A DNA stretch of 64,000 bases, from contig CAWJAX010000003.1 in NCBI GenBank assembly GCA_963841015.1, forward strand, positions 416,001 to 480,000. The letters run 5' to 3'. Of the stretch, positions 30,283 to 41,207 are shown in pieces. A model generated the notes under the pieces. The model worked only from the letters and a program-made list of their open reading frames with translations. It did no database searches and had not been told where the DNA came from. Made by a program: the position numbers and the translations under genes. This stretch comes from an uncultured Methanoregulaceae archaeon (GTDB taxonomy: Archaea; Halobacteriota; Methanomicrobia; Methanomicrobiales; Methanospirillaceae). Each line of letters begins with the position of its first letter. The stretch's first letter is position 1.

Positions 30283-30555
30283 CTACCTTTTCCGCTCTTT
30301 AATCACACCATTTTCCAGGGTGTACGGGAGATCCCCGGAGTACTTAATCTGGCAGCGCAGGAGGGCTTCACCAAAGTTCAGAACGCGCAGTTTCCCGTCA
30401 GTCTGTTCGATCAGAAGATATCTCTCAAGACGCTTAAGCGATGCATCAACTACACAAGGGTCAAGCCCGCTTGCAGTGACCAGACCTTCCAGCGAAATAG
30501 AGGGTTCCCTGACAATGAGATGATAGATTGCCCAGTCCGTATCCTCTTCTTTCAC
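30283..30555 (-). CDS. Small winged-helix protein
   Basis: 90 aa HTH-like ORF at the head of the trm56-tfe operon. Confidence 0.7.
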   Translation of the reverse strand: MKEEDTDWAIYHLIVREPSISLEGLVTASGLDPCVVDASLKRLERYLLIEQTDGKLRVLNFGEALLRCQIKYSGDLPYTLENGVIKERKR

Positions 30556-30660
30556 CTTTATTCATTCCTCATGGGGGTGAATAAGGGTTTTGTCCTGCTG
30601 CTCAAAAAGAAATGCTTCTTCACGAGCTTTTTTTTATGTCTTCGCAACAAATGACTGGCA

Positions 30661-31074
30661 ATGAATCCTGACGGATCCACAGTTCCTTATGCCACGCTGG
30701 TGGCCCTTGCTGACCATCTTTTTGAAGAATGCGAGGATGATGTCAAATGCCTTTCCCGCAGGATAGATGCACTCGATTCAAACCTGCGCCACGAATTGCT
30801 TGTCTCAGATCTGCTCAATGCATATCAGGTATTTTATTATTTTTTCCGCATTCTGCCTGATGAGCTGGTTGGAGAGCGGCTTGAACTCGAGCCTGCCTCG
30901 TCACTCACCAGAGGAATAAAAATTGATGAGGTTGAACTTCTGGACCTGGTCTTTTCGGTAAAAGATAATGAACCCGTAATCATGGTGTCAGATGGCGAAC
31001 ACCCGCTCGTGACCTTTACGGGGAAAACTGCCTATACCGATGGCCTGAAATATATCGAAAATCCCCCGTATTGA
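30661..31074 (+). CDS. Hypothetical acidic protein
   Basis: 137 aa ORF with protein-like composition. Confidence 0.7.
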   Translation: MNPDGSTVPYATLVALADHLFEECEDDVKCLSRRIDALDSNLRHELLVSDLLNAYQVFYYFFRILPDELVGERLELEPASSLTRGIKIDEVELLDLVFSVKDNEPVIMVSDGEHPLVTFTGKTAYTDGLKYIENPPY

Positions 31075-31156
31075 CACAATTATCGTCATGGACCTTCCAC
31101 CGATCCGGTTGCATGCGTGTCCAAAATTGGGGGAGGGGATAAAAAATATTTTTTTT

Positions 31157-31372
31157 TGCTCTGGAGAAAAAGCATGAACGCATAATGTTCAAACCAGAAC
31201 CAAAAAATTGCCTGACGATGGACACCCGTCTTTGGCCTCTCAAAAGGCACGGCGGACAGAGATTTTTTTAATCGTTCGTCACCAATCCGCTGCGGGGACG
31301 TCCTTTCGGTGGTGACGCCATCTATCACACGGTTTTTTAGCCGAAATTCACCTGAGAATATTTCATGGACAT
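31157..31372 (+). mobile_element. Degenerate MITE-like copy 8 (module B only)
   Basis: gctctggagaaa; ggcctctcaaaaggcacggcgg; ends at junction-like tttcatggac (31361). Confidence 0.75.
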
Positions 31373-31532
31373 GACACATAAAAAAGCCTATATTCGCGTC
31401 AGTTAAATCTCTCTACTATTTCTGATAAAATTGAAAAATATCCAAAAAATAAACATAAAAAGTAATTATTTCATTTAATTTCATTTTGATTAATTACGCA
31501 AACTATATATATTATAAAAATAAAAGAAAAAT

Positions 31533-31718
31533 ATGCATGTGAATGTACCTTGTCCAAATCATGGATGCAGAAGGGGTAAAATTCATACAATTATTGGTTA
31601 TGATATTTTTTGGAATGATTGCCCGGTTTGCGGAGGATCGGGATTCATCAAAAGACAGGTTCCTGATTATATCACCGAACTTCAACATCAACGTCGAAAA
31701 TGTAAACGGTCTTTGTAA
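31533..31718 (+). CDS. Small DnaJ-type zinc-finger protein
   Basis: CPNHGCRRG and CPVCGGSG motifs; AT-rich TATA-like upstream region. Confidence 0.6.
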   Translation: MHVNVPCPNHGCRRGKIHTIIGYDIFWNDCPVCGGSGFIKRQVPDYITELQHQRRKCKRSL

Positions 31719-32179
31719 ATTTAGTACCTGAAATTCTCTTTTTATCAGAATGTTCTGTTGCATGCATATTCGTATTCGTTTGGTAGATCGCAAGGGGACT
31801 ACATTCCTTTGTGGCAAGTGAAAAAAAGTTATTTTATATACCTGCTGAATTTAGGGTGAAATACATGATTGAATGATATACAGATAATATAACCCACTCT
31901 AATCAGGTAACATAATGGTATTTTTTGGGTAAAATCTCCCATATACGCATTTTGTCAGCATTTCTTGTAATCTCCGCATTGTTTTATCGTTACTAATTGT
32001 CTTTTTTAAAAGTCCACAAACACTGCATTACCCACCGCATCCCATGAGCTTCCTGATTATGCCTAAATTCGTTTTTTTGTGTCGTGTCTTATTATCTAAA
32101 AAGCGCACTCAGGACTGACGTTCAGGCATCCATTGCGGGATGAAAAATTAAAACAGGGTGATTGTTTTTTCGCTTTTTT

Positions 32180-32446
32180 TCATTTCTTCCATCGGCTGAT
32201 GATTTCATCAAATGATTTCTGGATCTGCGCCTGCGTATCCTTAAGGGTTTTTTCAATGTACTGCTTTCCCTCTTCGGTTGTTATGAGATCATGGGTGACT
32301 TTCATCACGTCATTCACGGATGATAGGAGAGATTGCGTTGCATAAGAAAATCTTTTATCAATGACATTTCCATCGGTGTGGGTGACAGATGGTTCGTTCT
32401 CTTCTACCCACAGTCCTTTTTCAAAGTGCCCTTTTTTTCCCGTCAT
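32180..32446 (-). CDS. Small hypothetical protein
   Basis: 88 aa, GGAG RBS, protein-like amphipathic composition. Confidence 0.65.
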   Translation of the reverse strand: MTGKKGHFEKGLWVEENEPSVTHTDGNVIDKRFSYATQSLLSSVNDVMKVTHDLITTEEGKQYIEKTLKDTQAQIQKSFDEIISRWKK

Positions 32447-33412
32447 ATTCTTACTCCTTTTCTTTTCATTGACATCAGTTTTTCTGCATTGTAGAAAAAT
32501 TTTTTTAATGAGAACTTATCGCTTTTACCGACGTTGTTGTTGTTATCTGGGGTATTGTGTTTGTCTGGGAGCACCAGATTACCATCTGTGGGATACTTCA
32601 AGCCGATTGCATGCCATAATTGCACTTTCATTGCTCACTTGTATGACATTCATGCATTCGATTCATTCATGATTATTAATGGATCGTCAATACACACGTT
32701 GTCGTATTACCTGTTTACTGTCGCAGCCATGAATGGAATTACAGGGCAATACGACTTGCCGGTTAGCAAAGATCGAATAAACCAATGAAAGCACATTGCC
32801 CCGGATGTCAGAACCAGGTAAAGATGGATACGAAAAATACGGGATGAATAAATCCTGCATTCAGACCCTGCATCAAATCTGAATTTGTTGAACAGGATAA
32901 TGATGAGTGCTTCTCTATAAGAAAAGTGGAAAGGAGAGACCCATTAGTCGATATCTTCTGACTTACATCCATGTATACACCACAAAGCTTCAGGGGGGTA
33001 TTTACCCTTGTTATCACGTGTGGCAATATGGACGGATCCACATACCTCGCATTGCATTTCACCGGTACAATCATCAATTAGATTCATAACCTCTTTTGCC
33101 ATTTTATCACCTGTTCTGTATATTTTTTCTTATTCAATTACTATATCGTTGGCGGTCTAGCAACCAAAATATGTTCAAACGGTATTCATATTTGTGTTCT
33201 TTTGGCAGATCGTACGGATGGGGGTGCATGCCTATGAGGCAAGGAAAGGCGGCAACTAATTGGTCCAGTTCCTTTTACTTAATTCAAATTGTAAGTGAAG
33301 GTGTTCCATTTACTTGGTTTTGAATTTACATAATCGCTGGAGCCTACTGCAGTCACACGCCACATTTTGGGATAAACTATGCAGTAGTCACAGACGAAGT
33401 TTTATATTCCCC

Positions 33413-34126
33413 TTATATCCGATCTCCCGCACTTATCAGCTGCTCATCGACCACCGCAGAAACCAGGGGTGGGAGATTTCCCCATTTCACCAGGGTCTCT
33501 CCCATAATGGCAAAAATCCCGGATACTTCATCCGGGTTTATCCGGTCGAGAACCTTCTGGTCATCGGGACGGATCTGGTTGCAGACCGATGTAGCCCAGG
33601 CATCGGCAAGCGCAACATCAGGAGAGAATATCGTAACAGCATCTGCACAACCAAAGGAGATAGAAGGTCCAACCGTTGCCGAAGAGGTGCATATACCCAG
33701 TATTTTCTCCTGCGGAGGGACAACAAAGGCAATCCGGTTGGAAAAAACTGCCTCACCGGCATGGACTCCGACCCGGACCGGGCGGTCGCTCAAGAGTGCA
33801 ATGTCACCACCGTTATCGATCACGCCGAACACTGCACCTGCATCCACCATTGCCTCAACACCAGCCCATGCAATTGCACCTGCCACAGCTGCCATGGGAC
33901 CAACACCGGCTTTTCGCGTGGCGTGGGCCATCCTGAGAATTATCTGCTCACTCGAGGCCGGCGTATAGGGATCAAAGGTAGAAAGAAAAAAAGGATCGCG
34001 GGCAATATGCGCCTCCAGCACCTGCCGTGCCTCAATCATACCGGATTTTGCAGCAGCAATATCCCCGGGCGCATCGGCAAGTATTGTTGCTATCGTTTCG
34101 CGGTACACAAATGGTGCACGAATCAT
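33413..34126 (-). CDS. UPF0280 / ApbE-like protein (COG2122, linked to sulfide assimilation)
   Basis: GPMAAVAG, DNGGDI, GICTSSATVGPSISFG. Confidence 0.9.
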   Translation of the reverse strand: MIRAPFVYRETIATILADAPGDIAAAKSGMIEARQVLEAHIARDPFFLSTFDPYTPASSEQIILRMAHATRKAGVGPMAAVAGAIAWAGVEAMVDAGAVFGVIDNGGDIALLSDRPVRVGVHAGEAVFSNRIAFVVPPQEKILGICTSSATVGPSISFGCADAVTIFSPDVALADAWATSVCNQIRPDDQKVLDRINPDEVSGIFAIMGETLVKWGNLPPLVSAVVDEQLISAGDRI

Positions 34127-34509
34127 AAAGGAAGCGTGAGTGCCTGTTGCGGACACGCTTCGATACATTTACCGCAGAGCACGCATTTTTCTTCTGCCAG
34201 CTTCAGTTTAAAGTCACTGTCCAGCGAGAAGACCTCACGGGGACAGATGCTGATGCATGCTCCGCAATCCACGCATTCGCTCTCGTTTACACTGATGCCA
34301 TGTTCAAGGAGGTGTACCGTTGCACCGAGACTGATCATCGTATCCCTGACGAGCTGGCACTGGTCGTCCGGAACATCGATGAGTGCTTCTCCTTCCGATG
34401 AATCAATGATCGCCCGTTCAACATTGATCAGGACACCGGTGTCACGGACGACCTGTGCGATAATCGGTTTTCTCCCTTTCTTGCGCGAGAACGTCACCAG
34501 CAGTTTCAT
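34123..34509 (-). CDS. NIL-domain / 2x4Fe-4S ferredoxin (partner of the homocysteine biosynthesis enzyme)
   Basis: N-terminal NIL-like region plus CxxCxxCxxxCP twice. Confidence 0.9.
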   Translation of the reverse strand: MKLLVTFSRKKGRKPIIAQVVRDTGVLINVERAIIDSSEGEALIDVPDDQCQLVRDTMISLGATVHLLEHGISVNESECVDCGACISICPREVFSLDSDFKLKLAEEKCVLCGKCIEACPQQALTLPL

Positions 34510-36014
34510 TTCAGCCACCTCCCGCCGAAAAGCTTTCCAAGATCTATTGCCGTAAGCATGGCAACCACATGGTGCCCGCCATCGATGACCGGCAGTGCAC
34601 TGATATTGTTCTTCTCGAGTTTTTGCACAGCGATATCCACAGCTTCATCGGGTGTTGTCGTGATGACTTTCTTTTTCATGATATCCTTGACGAAGAGGGC
34701 TTTGCCGGGATTTGCAACCGCTTTTGATACATCAAACGTTGTTACTATACCGACCAGGATATTGTCATTGTTGATGACCGGGAGATGGTTGGTATCCCCC
34801 TTCAGGAGTTTTTTTGCCGCTGTGGTAATCTCTTCATCCTGCCGGATACTGACGACCTGACGGTCCATGATGTCCAGCACCCGCGGGCCTTTTACACTCT
34901 GGTGCATGGATTTTACCGGCTTTTTTGAATCGATCAGGCGGGTAGGAAGCGTGAGTTGCATTTTACCGGCTTCAACCCAGTGTTTCAGCTCACCGGCTAC
35001 CTGCCTTGCCTTCCGGAAGCTGGAGAGTGATGACGTCTTTATCTCCTCTCCATTCATTTCGACGGCACCGCTCCGCAGTTCAGCATAGGTTACTTTCCTG
35101 AGGGCAGGACGATTCCTGCTCGGCACACCATAATCGAGAAGATCTACTGAAATGTCCTCATCACGGACAGCAGTTGCCCGCACTACATCAAGATCGAGCA
35201 CCGGGAGGGGGATGCCAAGTCCCACATACAGCGTAACCCCGTATCCGGTCATAGTCGCCGCCCGCATGTAGTCCTGCGACATCTCCTTTAAGTCCCCTGT
35301 TACCATCAGGGTACCAAATCCCCCGGCTGGCGAGTGCTGGGTTCCCTCACCAACAACCATTCCCTGAGCCCCGCATAAAAAGATAGGAACACCGCTGCCT
35401 ATAAGCCGGAGCTTGGGATCATTGGAGAGCGGGTTTAAGACTCCCGCTCCAGAATATGATACATTACCGCAATTGGGCAGCAGCACCCCCATATAGGTAT
35501 GCAAAACGCGGTCCGTTGAATTGCTCGCCGCGTTATAGCGCTGGTACGCATTGCGCGGGTTGCACATGATGGCCTGGTTGAAATGTTCGAGCAGGAGATC
35601 GGTGGTTATTGTCCTGCGCGGGTAACAGTCAGTACCCCGTGAACTTGCCCGGAGTTCTACGGATTTTCCTGCCACAAGGTCCTCGATTACATGCGCTCCG
35701 CCATATTGCTCTTCAAGGGTATCGGACTGCTGTGTCGCACCAATATATGTATCGACTGCTGCCAGCCCGCCGTATCCTTCCACGTTGTTCAGCCAGATTC
35801 GTTCCATCCGGATCGGTGGTTCGGCATGCCCGAAATTGAGGAATGCACCTGATGAGCACATGGCCCCGAATGTCCCCGTAGTAACAACGTCAACTTCTTT
35901 GAGCGCCCCCAATTCACCCAGCTCGGCAACAATAGCGGGCATTTCCTCGGCAGTGACAACGCGGGCAGTGCCGTCCCGGATCCGCTCGTTGATCTGATCG
36001 ATGGACTTGTGCAT
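34506..36014 (-). CDS. DUF39-CBS homocysteine biosynthesis protein (aspartate-semialdehyde sulfurtransferase)
   Basis: VDVVTTGTFGAMCSSGA, GTDCYPR, NPRNAYQRY; C-terminal CBS pair. Confidence 0.92.
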   Translation of the reverse strand: MHKSIDQINERIRDGTARVVTAEEMPAIVAELGELGALKEVDVVTTGTFGAMCSSGAFLNFGHAEPPIRMERIWLNNVEGYGGLAAVDTYIGATQQSDTLEEQYGGAHVIEDLVAGKSVELRASSRGTDCYPRRTITTDLLLEHFNQAIMCNPRNAYQRYNAASNSTDRVLHTYMGVLLPNCGNVSYSGAGVLNPLSNDPKLRLIGSGVPIFLCGAQGMVVGEGTQHSPAGGFGTLMVTGDLKEMSQDYMRAATMTGYGVTLYVGLGIPLPVLDLDVVRATAVRDEDISVDLLDYGVPSRNRPALRKVTYAELRSGAVEMNGEEIKTSSLSSFRKARQVAGELKHWVEAGKMQLTLPTRLIDSKKPVKSMHQSVKGPRVLDIMDRQVVSIRQDEEITTAAKKLLKGDTNHLPVINNDNILVGIVTTFDVSKAVANPGKALFVKDIMKKKVITTTPDEAVDIAVQKLEKNNISALPVIDGGHHVVAMLTAIDLGKLFGGRWLK

Positions 36015-36104
36015 ACCAGAAATACGCTTTAATGTATATTTAAATTAATTGTTATTATCCACGGTAATATGTGTTTTTTTAACCCCACCTAACGATACTT
36101 GTCT

Positions 36105-36812
36105 ATGCATGTGCATGCCTTTATTGAAGAGATGGAGCGTCTCGCCCCCCCCGAGCTTGCTGAGGATTTCGATGCCGGACGAATCGGGCTTGTAGTTGAA
36201 GGAAAACAGGAAATTTCCCGGGTGTGCTGCGCACTGGATGCTACACAGAACGTGGTACAACAGGCAATAACAGCATCGGCTGATATGCTGGTAGTCCATC
36301 ACACACCCTTGTGGACACCGGTTACGACCATTACCGGGCGGACAGCCGGATTGATGCGCGCCCTGCTCTCTGCAGACATGAACCTCTATGTCATGCACAC
36401 AAATTTCGACAGGGCACCTGAGGGGGTTAACGATGCCCTTGCAGAGATTCTCTCGCTCAAAGACGTTTCACGCATGTCCACAGGATGTATTGGTTCCTGC
36501 ACGCTATCCCCTGCTGAGATATCGAAACGTCTTGGAGGAAATTGCCGTCTCTGGGGAAAGGTAAAAAAGATCCGGCGGCTGGCACTTGTCGCCGGCAGTG
36601 GTTTTGATCCGGCTTTTCTAAAAGAGGCAAAAGCACTGGGTGCTGATACATTTCTTTCTGCTGAAATGAAACATTCGGTTGCACGCACTGCTGCCCTGCC
36701 CTGCATTGAAGCAACCCACTACGCACTTGAGGCTCCCGCTATGCAGCGCCTTTCCACCCGGATGGACTGGCAGTATATTGACGATCCACCTGTCTTTCAG
36801 ATAATCCCATGA
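36105..36812 (+). CDS. Nif3-like (DUF34) dinuclear metal-centre protein
   Basis: HHTP, HTNFD, GSG, THYALE. Confidence 0.9.
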   Translation: MHVHAFIEEMERLAPPELAEDFDAGRIGLVVEGKQEISRVCCALDATQNVVQQAITASADMLVVHHTPLWTPVTTITGRTAGLMRALLSADMNLYVMHTNFDRAPEGVNDALAEILSLKDVSRMSTGCIGSCTLSPAEISKRLGGNCRLWGKVKKIRRLALVAGSGFDPAFLKEAKALGADTFLSAEMKHSVARTAALPCIEATHYALEAPAMQRLSTRMDWQYIDDPPVFQIIP

Positions 36813-37126
36813 GCGATCTCTGGCAGCGCCTCGCCCAAAAAAAGGGTCTCGATGCATCCCTTCGTCTCGAGATCGAAGAAACTTTCGGCACACGGGGGAA
36901 AAAAGCCCTTGCTGCACTCGATTCAGGTAAAATCAAAAAATACCTGGATTTTTTTGTCGTAGAAGGCAGGACTGCCGAATATGTGGTGGATGAAGATTTC
37001 TGTACCTGTGGCGATTTTCTCTACCGTGGCAGGACGTGCTGGCACCTGCTGGCAGTCAGGATAGCGCAGGAGACCGGAACATTCCGGCACATCGAAACCT
37101 GGTACCAGGATACCTGGAAAAAATAA
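36809..37126 (+). CDS. SWIM zinc-finger protein
   Basis: CTCGDF...CWH. Confidence 0.85.
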   Translation: MSDLWQRLAQKKGLDASLRLEIEETFGTRGKKALAALDSGKIKKYLDFFVVEGRTAEYVVDEDFCTCGDFLYRGRTCWHLLAVRIAQETGTFRHIETWYQDTWKK

Positions 37127-37187
37127 GCGTATACAATACAATAATTACCGTTCGTAATCAACTGTACTGACGATTACGTGATAATTC

Positions 37188-39928
37188 ATGCTCGAAGAAG
37201 AATACCAGCTGGAATATTTTAAGACCCAGGGAATGGTGCGCAAGGTCTGTAAAAGTTGCGGCTCAGCATTCTGGACACGTGACAGTTCCCGCGAAATATG
37301 CGGTGATGCTCCTTGTGAACCCTATAATTTTATCGGTAACCCGGTCTTCAACACTCATTCCCTTGACAGCATGCGTGAGGCTTACCTCTCCTTTTTTGAA
37401 AAGCATGGCCACACCCGCCTCGGGCGTTACCCGGTCGTTGCACGCTGGCGGGACGATATCTACCTCACTATCGCATCGATTGCTGATTTCCAGCCCTTTG
37501 TAACCGGGGGTATCGTTCCACCTCCGGCAAATCCGCTCACCATATCCCAGCCGTGCATCCGGCTCAATGATCTCGATTCAGTCGGCAGATCAGGGCGGCA
37601 CCTCACAACATTTGAGATGATGGCGCATCACGCTTTCAACACACCTGCAGAAGAGATCTACTGGAAAGACCGGACCGTGGAACTGTGCGACCAGTTCATC
37701 GCCTCCATCGGGGGGGACATCACCAAAGTCACGTATAAGGAGCACCCTTGGATCGGTGGCGGGAATGCAGGACCAAGTGTTGAAGTGCTTATTGGCGGAC
37801 TCGAGATTGCAACCCTGGTCTTCATGAGCCTCGGTCGTCAAAAGACTTCAGCACCGGGATATGACCTGAACGGGGAAATGTACTACCCGATGAAGCTCCG
37901 GATTGTCGATACGGGTTACGGGCTTGAACGACTTGTATGGGCATCCAAGGGTTCACCTACCATCTATGATGCAGTTTTCCCGGAGATGGTCAGCAGAGTA
38001 ATGAGTGCAGCCGGGCTCTCGCATATGCTGGACAACAAGGAGTTCACCAAGATCCTGGCTCTCAATGCAAAATTTGCCGGGCTCATGGACATCTCCGGCA
38101 CGAATCTGTTCCAGCTGCGCAAGAAAGTAGCATCAGCAATTGATATTTCCCCGGAAAAACTCGACAAGATGATCACCCCTATCGAGAAGGTATACGCGGT
38201 AGTTGATCACACCCGCTGTCTGGCGTACATGCTCGGCGATTCCATCGTTCCGTCCAATGTCCGGGAGGGCTACCTTGCCCGCCTTGTCATCCGGAGAACG
38301 CTGCGGATGATGAACGAACTTAAAATACAGGAACCGCTTGCCGATCTTGTCGAACAGCAGACGAGAATCATCGGCATAAATGCTTTTGAGCAGGATATTT
38401 CCATTGTCCGCGAGATTATTGACCGGGAGACCGAGAAATACGCATCCACGCTCGAACGTGGAACGAGGATAGTACAGAAAATTGCAAAATCCTACAAAGC
38501 CAAGAGCCAGCGTGTCCCGCTCTCCGAGATCATCACCCTCTACGATTCACACGGCATCCAGCCTGAAATGGTGAAGGATATTGCAACAAAAGAAGGTGCT
38601 GTTGTTGACCTTCCTGACAATTTCTATTCAATGGTTGCAGATATGCATTCCGAGTCGAAAAAAGAGGTTGTTGAGGACAAAACCTCGAAGTATCTGGCAC
38701 GTGTCGATGGACTCCCTCCGACAAAAAGCTCTTCTATGACCAGTCCTCTGACATCGAATTCGAGGCGGTCGTGCTTGACTTTTTTGATGGCTATGCGGTA
38801 ACCGACCAGACGCTCTTTTACCCTGAAGGTGGTGGCCAGCCGGCAGACACCGGTTCGCTGGTCAGTTCTGACAGTATGGTCCGGGTTGACGGGGTGGTAA
38901 AGATCGGGGAAGTGATACTCCACCACATCACCGGAGGAGTTCTCCGGCGTGGTGAACGGGTAAAAGGGATGGTAGATGAGGAGCGGAGATGGTCCCTGAT
39001 GCGCCATCATACCGCTACGCATATTCTTCTCCATGCTGCAAAAGAGGTCCTGGGAGTGCATATTCACCAGGCAGGAGCGCAGAAAGGAAGCGAAAGTTCC
39101 CGTATTGATATCCGGCACTTCAAGCATATCACCCCAGATGAACTCCGTAAAATTGAGACTGAGGCAAACCGGATGATCATGGCCAGCCAGCCGGTAGAGA
39201 TCTCGGTTGAGGACCGTACAAAAGCCGAGCAGAAATATGGTTTTTCCCTGTACCAGGGTGGCGTTCCCCCGGGGAAGGATATCCGGGTTGTGAAAGTCGC
39301 CGGTGATATCGAAGCCTGCGCCGGTACCCACTGCCGGAACACCGGTGAAGTCGGCGTAATCAAGATCATTCGGGTCGAGCATATCCAGGACGGTATTGAA
39401 CGCATCGAATTTTCCGCGGGTCTGGCCGCGATCTTCTATATGCAGCACCTTGAAAACATTGTTGCATCCTCGTCTGAAGTCCTCTCGGTGCAGCCGGATA
39501 ACCTCCCGTCAAGCGTGTCGCGGTTCTTCAATGAATGGAAGGATCAAAAGAAAGATATCGACCGGATGAGTGCCCGGCTGGTAGACCTTGAGATGCAGGC
39601 AATCGTTGCAGAATCAATAAGCGGTGTTTCGGTGGTCATCCGGCGTATCGATCTCCCCGCAAAAGAGCTCGCTGCACTCGCGACATCCATCTCAGAGAAA
39701 GGGGGCGTTGCTCTGATTGCCGGGGCCGGGGATACCGTGCGGGTAGTACTCACGTCAGGTGACTCGCGGGTGAACGCCGGCGAGATCATCAGCCAGGTCT
39801 GCAGCCTCCTCGGGGGAAAAGGTGGCGGTAAACCAGCGATGGCGCAGGGTGGCGGACCGGATGTAAACCAGCTTGACCTTGCCTTAAAGGTAGGACGCGA
39901 GCGGATAATCGCGGCGCTGCATGGCTGA
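37188..39928 (+). CDS. alaS: Alanine--tRNA ligase, -1 frameshift in the A5 run at 38723-38727
   Basis: Archaeal AlaRS motifs (IASIADFQP, SQPCIR, FYPEGGGQ, HTATH, CAGTH, GKGGG) split over two ORFs. Confidence 0.95.
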
Positions 39929-40679
39929 TAATGTTGTAATCCTGGAACCCGGCGATGAGCGGGCACAGAAGATTTCAAAAGCGATGGCCAGCCAGACCGC
40001 AAGTGACATCCTCCAGCTCCTTGCGGAGGGCCAGAAAAGCCTCACCGAGATCACTGACAGGCTTGATATTCCCCTGACAACCGCAAAATATCATATCGAG
40101 AACCTGCTCGAAGCAGGTCTGATCACGGTTGCAGAAACAAAATACAGTGTCAAAGGACGGGAAATAAAAATCTATGCCGTGACAAACCAGCTCCTGATCG
40201 TTGCCCCCCGCCAGTCCAATGTGCGATCACTGCTGTTGAAATACGCTTCACTCTTTGGGATTGTCCTGTTCGGGTCGCTGGTTATTGCCATGCTGTCCCC
40301 TGTCCTCGGGCAGGGAATCACGGCCGGGAGCTCCATGAACGGGGCAACGCGAATGGCAGCACAGGAATCAGCAGTCACGTCAGCAAAAGCAGTAACCGAC
40401 GGGTTAATGCAAAATGCGACAGCAGCTCCTGAAATGACTGCTGCCGCAGCAAAGGGAGTACCGGGTTTTGTTGCCGGAAACCTCACCCCGGAACCTACAC
40501 TCCTGCCCACCATTGTTCAGGCGCCGATGGTCACTCCGGTTCCCGTCCCTCCGGGTATTGGTGCACAAGCAGCCGCAGTACTACCGGATCCGGCACTGAC
40601 ATTTTTCCTTGGCGGTTTACTGGTGATCCTCCTGCTGGTTGTCTATGAAGTGTATCTCTGGAAAAAAATGAAGTCATAG
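39921..40679 (+). CDS. Membrane-anchored ArsR-type HTH regulator
   Basis: N-terminal wHTH (YHIENLLEAGLI...YSVKGR), TM, Ala/Thr/Pro linker, C-terminal TM. Confidence 0.85.
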   Translation: MADNVVILEPGDERAQKISKAMASQTASDILQLLAEGQKSLTEITDRLDIPLTTAKYHIENLLEAGLITVAETKYSVKGREIKIYAVTNQLLIVAPRQSNVRSLLLKYASLFGIVLFGSLVIAMLSPVLGQGITAGSSMNGATRMAAQESAVTSAKAVTDGLMQNATAAPEMTAAAAKGVPGFVAGNLTPEPTLLPTIVQAPMVTPVPVPPGIGAQAAAVLPDPALTFFLGGLLVILLLVVYEVYLWKKMKS

Positions 40680-40794
40680 CGTGATTCAAGAATCCATCTC
40701 ATTTTTTCAGCCATTCTAATCGAGACCGTATTTTTTAATCATCTTTCAACACTCTCAAACCCTACCTTTGACCTTTCACCGGACTCCCTCGTGC

Positions 40795-41095
40795 TAAAAT
40801 AACCTGAAATCACGGCTTTTAAGCGAAAATAACCTTTTATATTCGCCAATTTTCGATCCCCTTTTAGAGGGCCGCCAATGCCCTTTGGGTGGCCGAACCT
40901 GACCTTCAAAGGCTGAAGAAGGGTCAGGATCGAAACTCACGCAGCTTTGAGGGTCGAAATTGGGGCTCAAAATCTGGATATTTTGCCAAAAACGTCTCAA
41001 ATTTCAGATTTTCTGAACAGGGTTCAATCGGAGCGTTTTGCGAGATTTTCCGGAAGAGGAAGCGGGTAATCGGAGCCCGATGCGGGGTTATTTTA
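40795..41095. other. Nested inverted-repeat intergenic segment (candidate structured RNA or second repeat family)
   Basis: taaaataacc/ggttatttta outer pair; tttcgatcc/ggatcgaaa; two internal hairpins. Confidence 0.4.
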
Positions 41096-41207
41096 CCCTG
41101 ATTAAGAGTATCGGGATTACAAGGTTGCATGTTTCCCGCTACCTTAGGTAAAAAACGAACATCTATTTTTTAAGCCTTACAAACCAGGTAAAAAAAGTGC
41201 TATTCTC

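Noticed and set aside
33314-34555. Long plus-strand ORF of 413 aa
   Set aside because: Antisense shadow of the UPF0280 and ferredoxin genes.
38720-38775. Naturally split alaS or programmed frameshift
   Set aside because: One missing A in a homopolymer restores the frame, and six similar indels occur elsewhere in the window.
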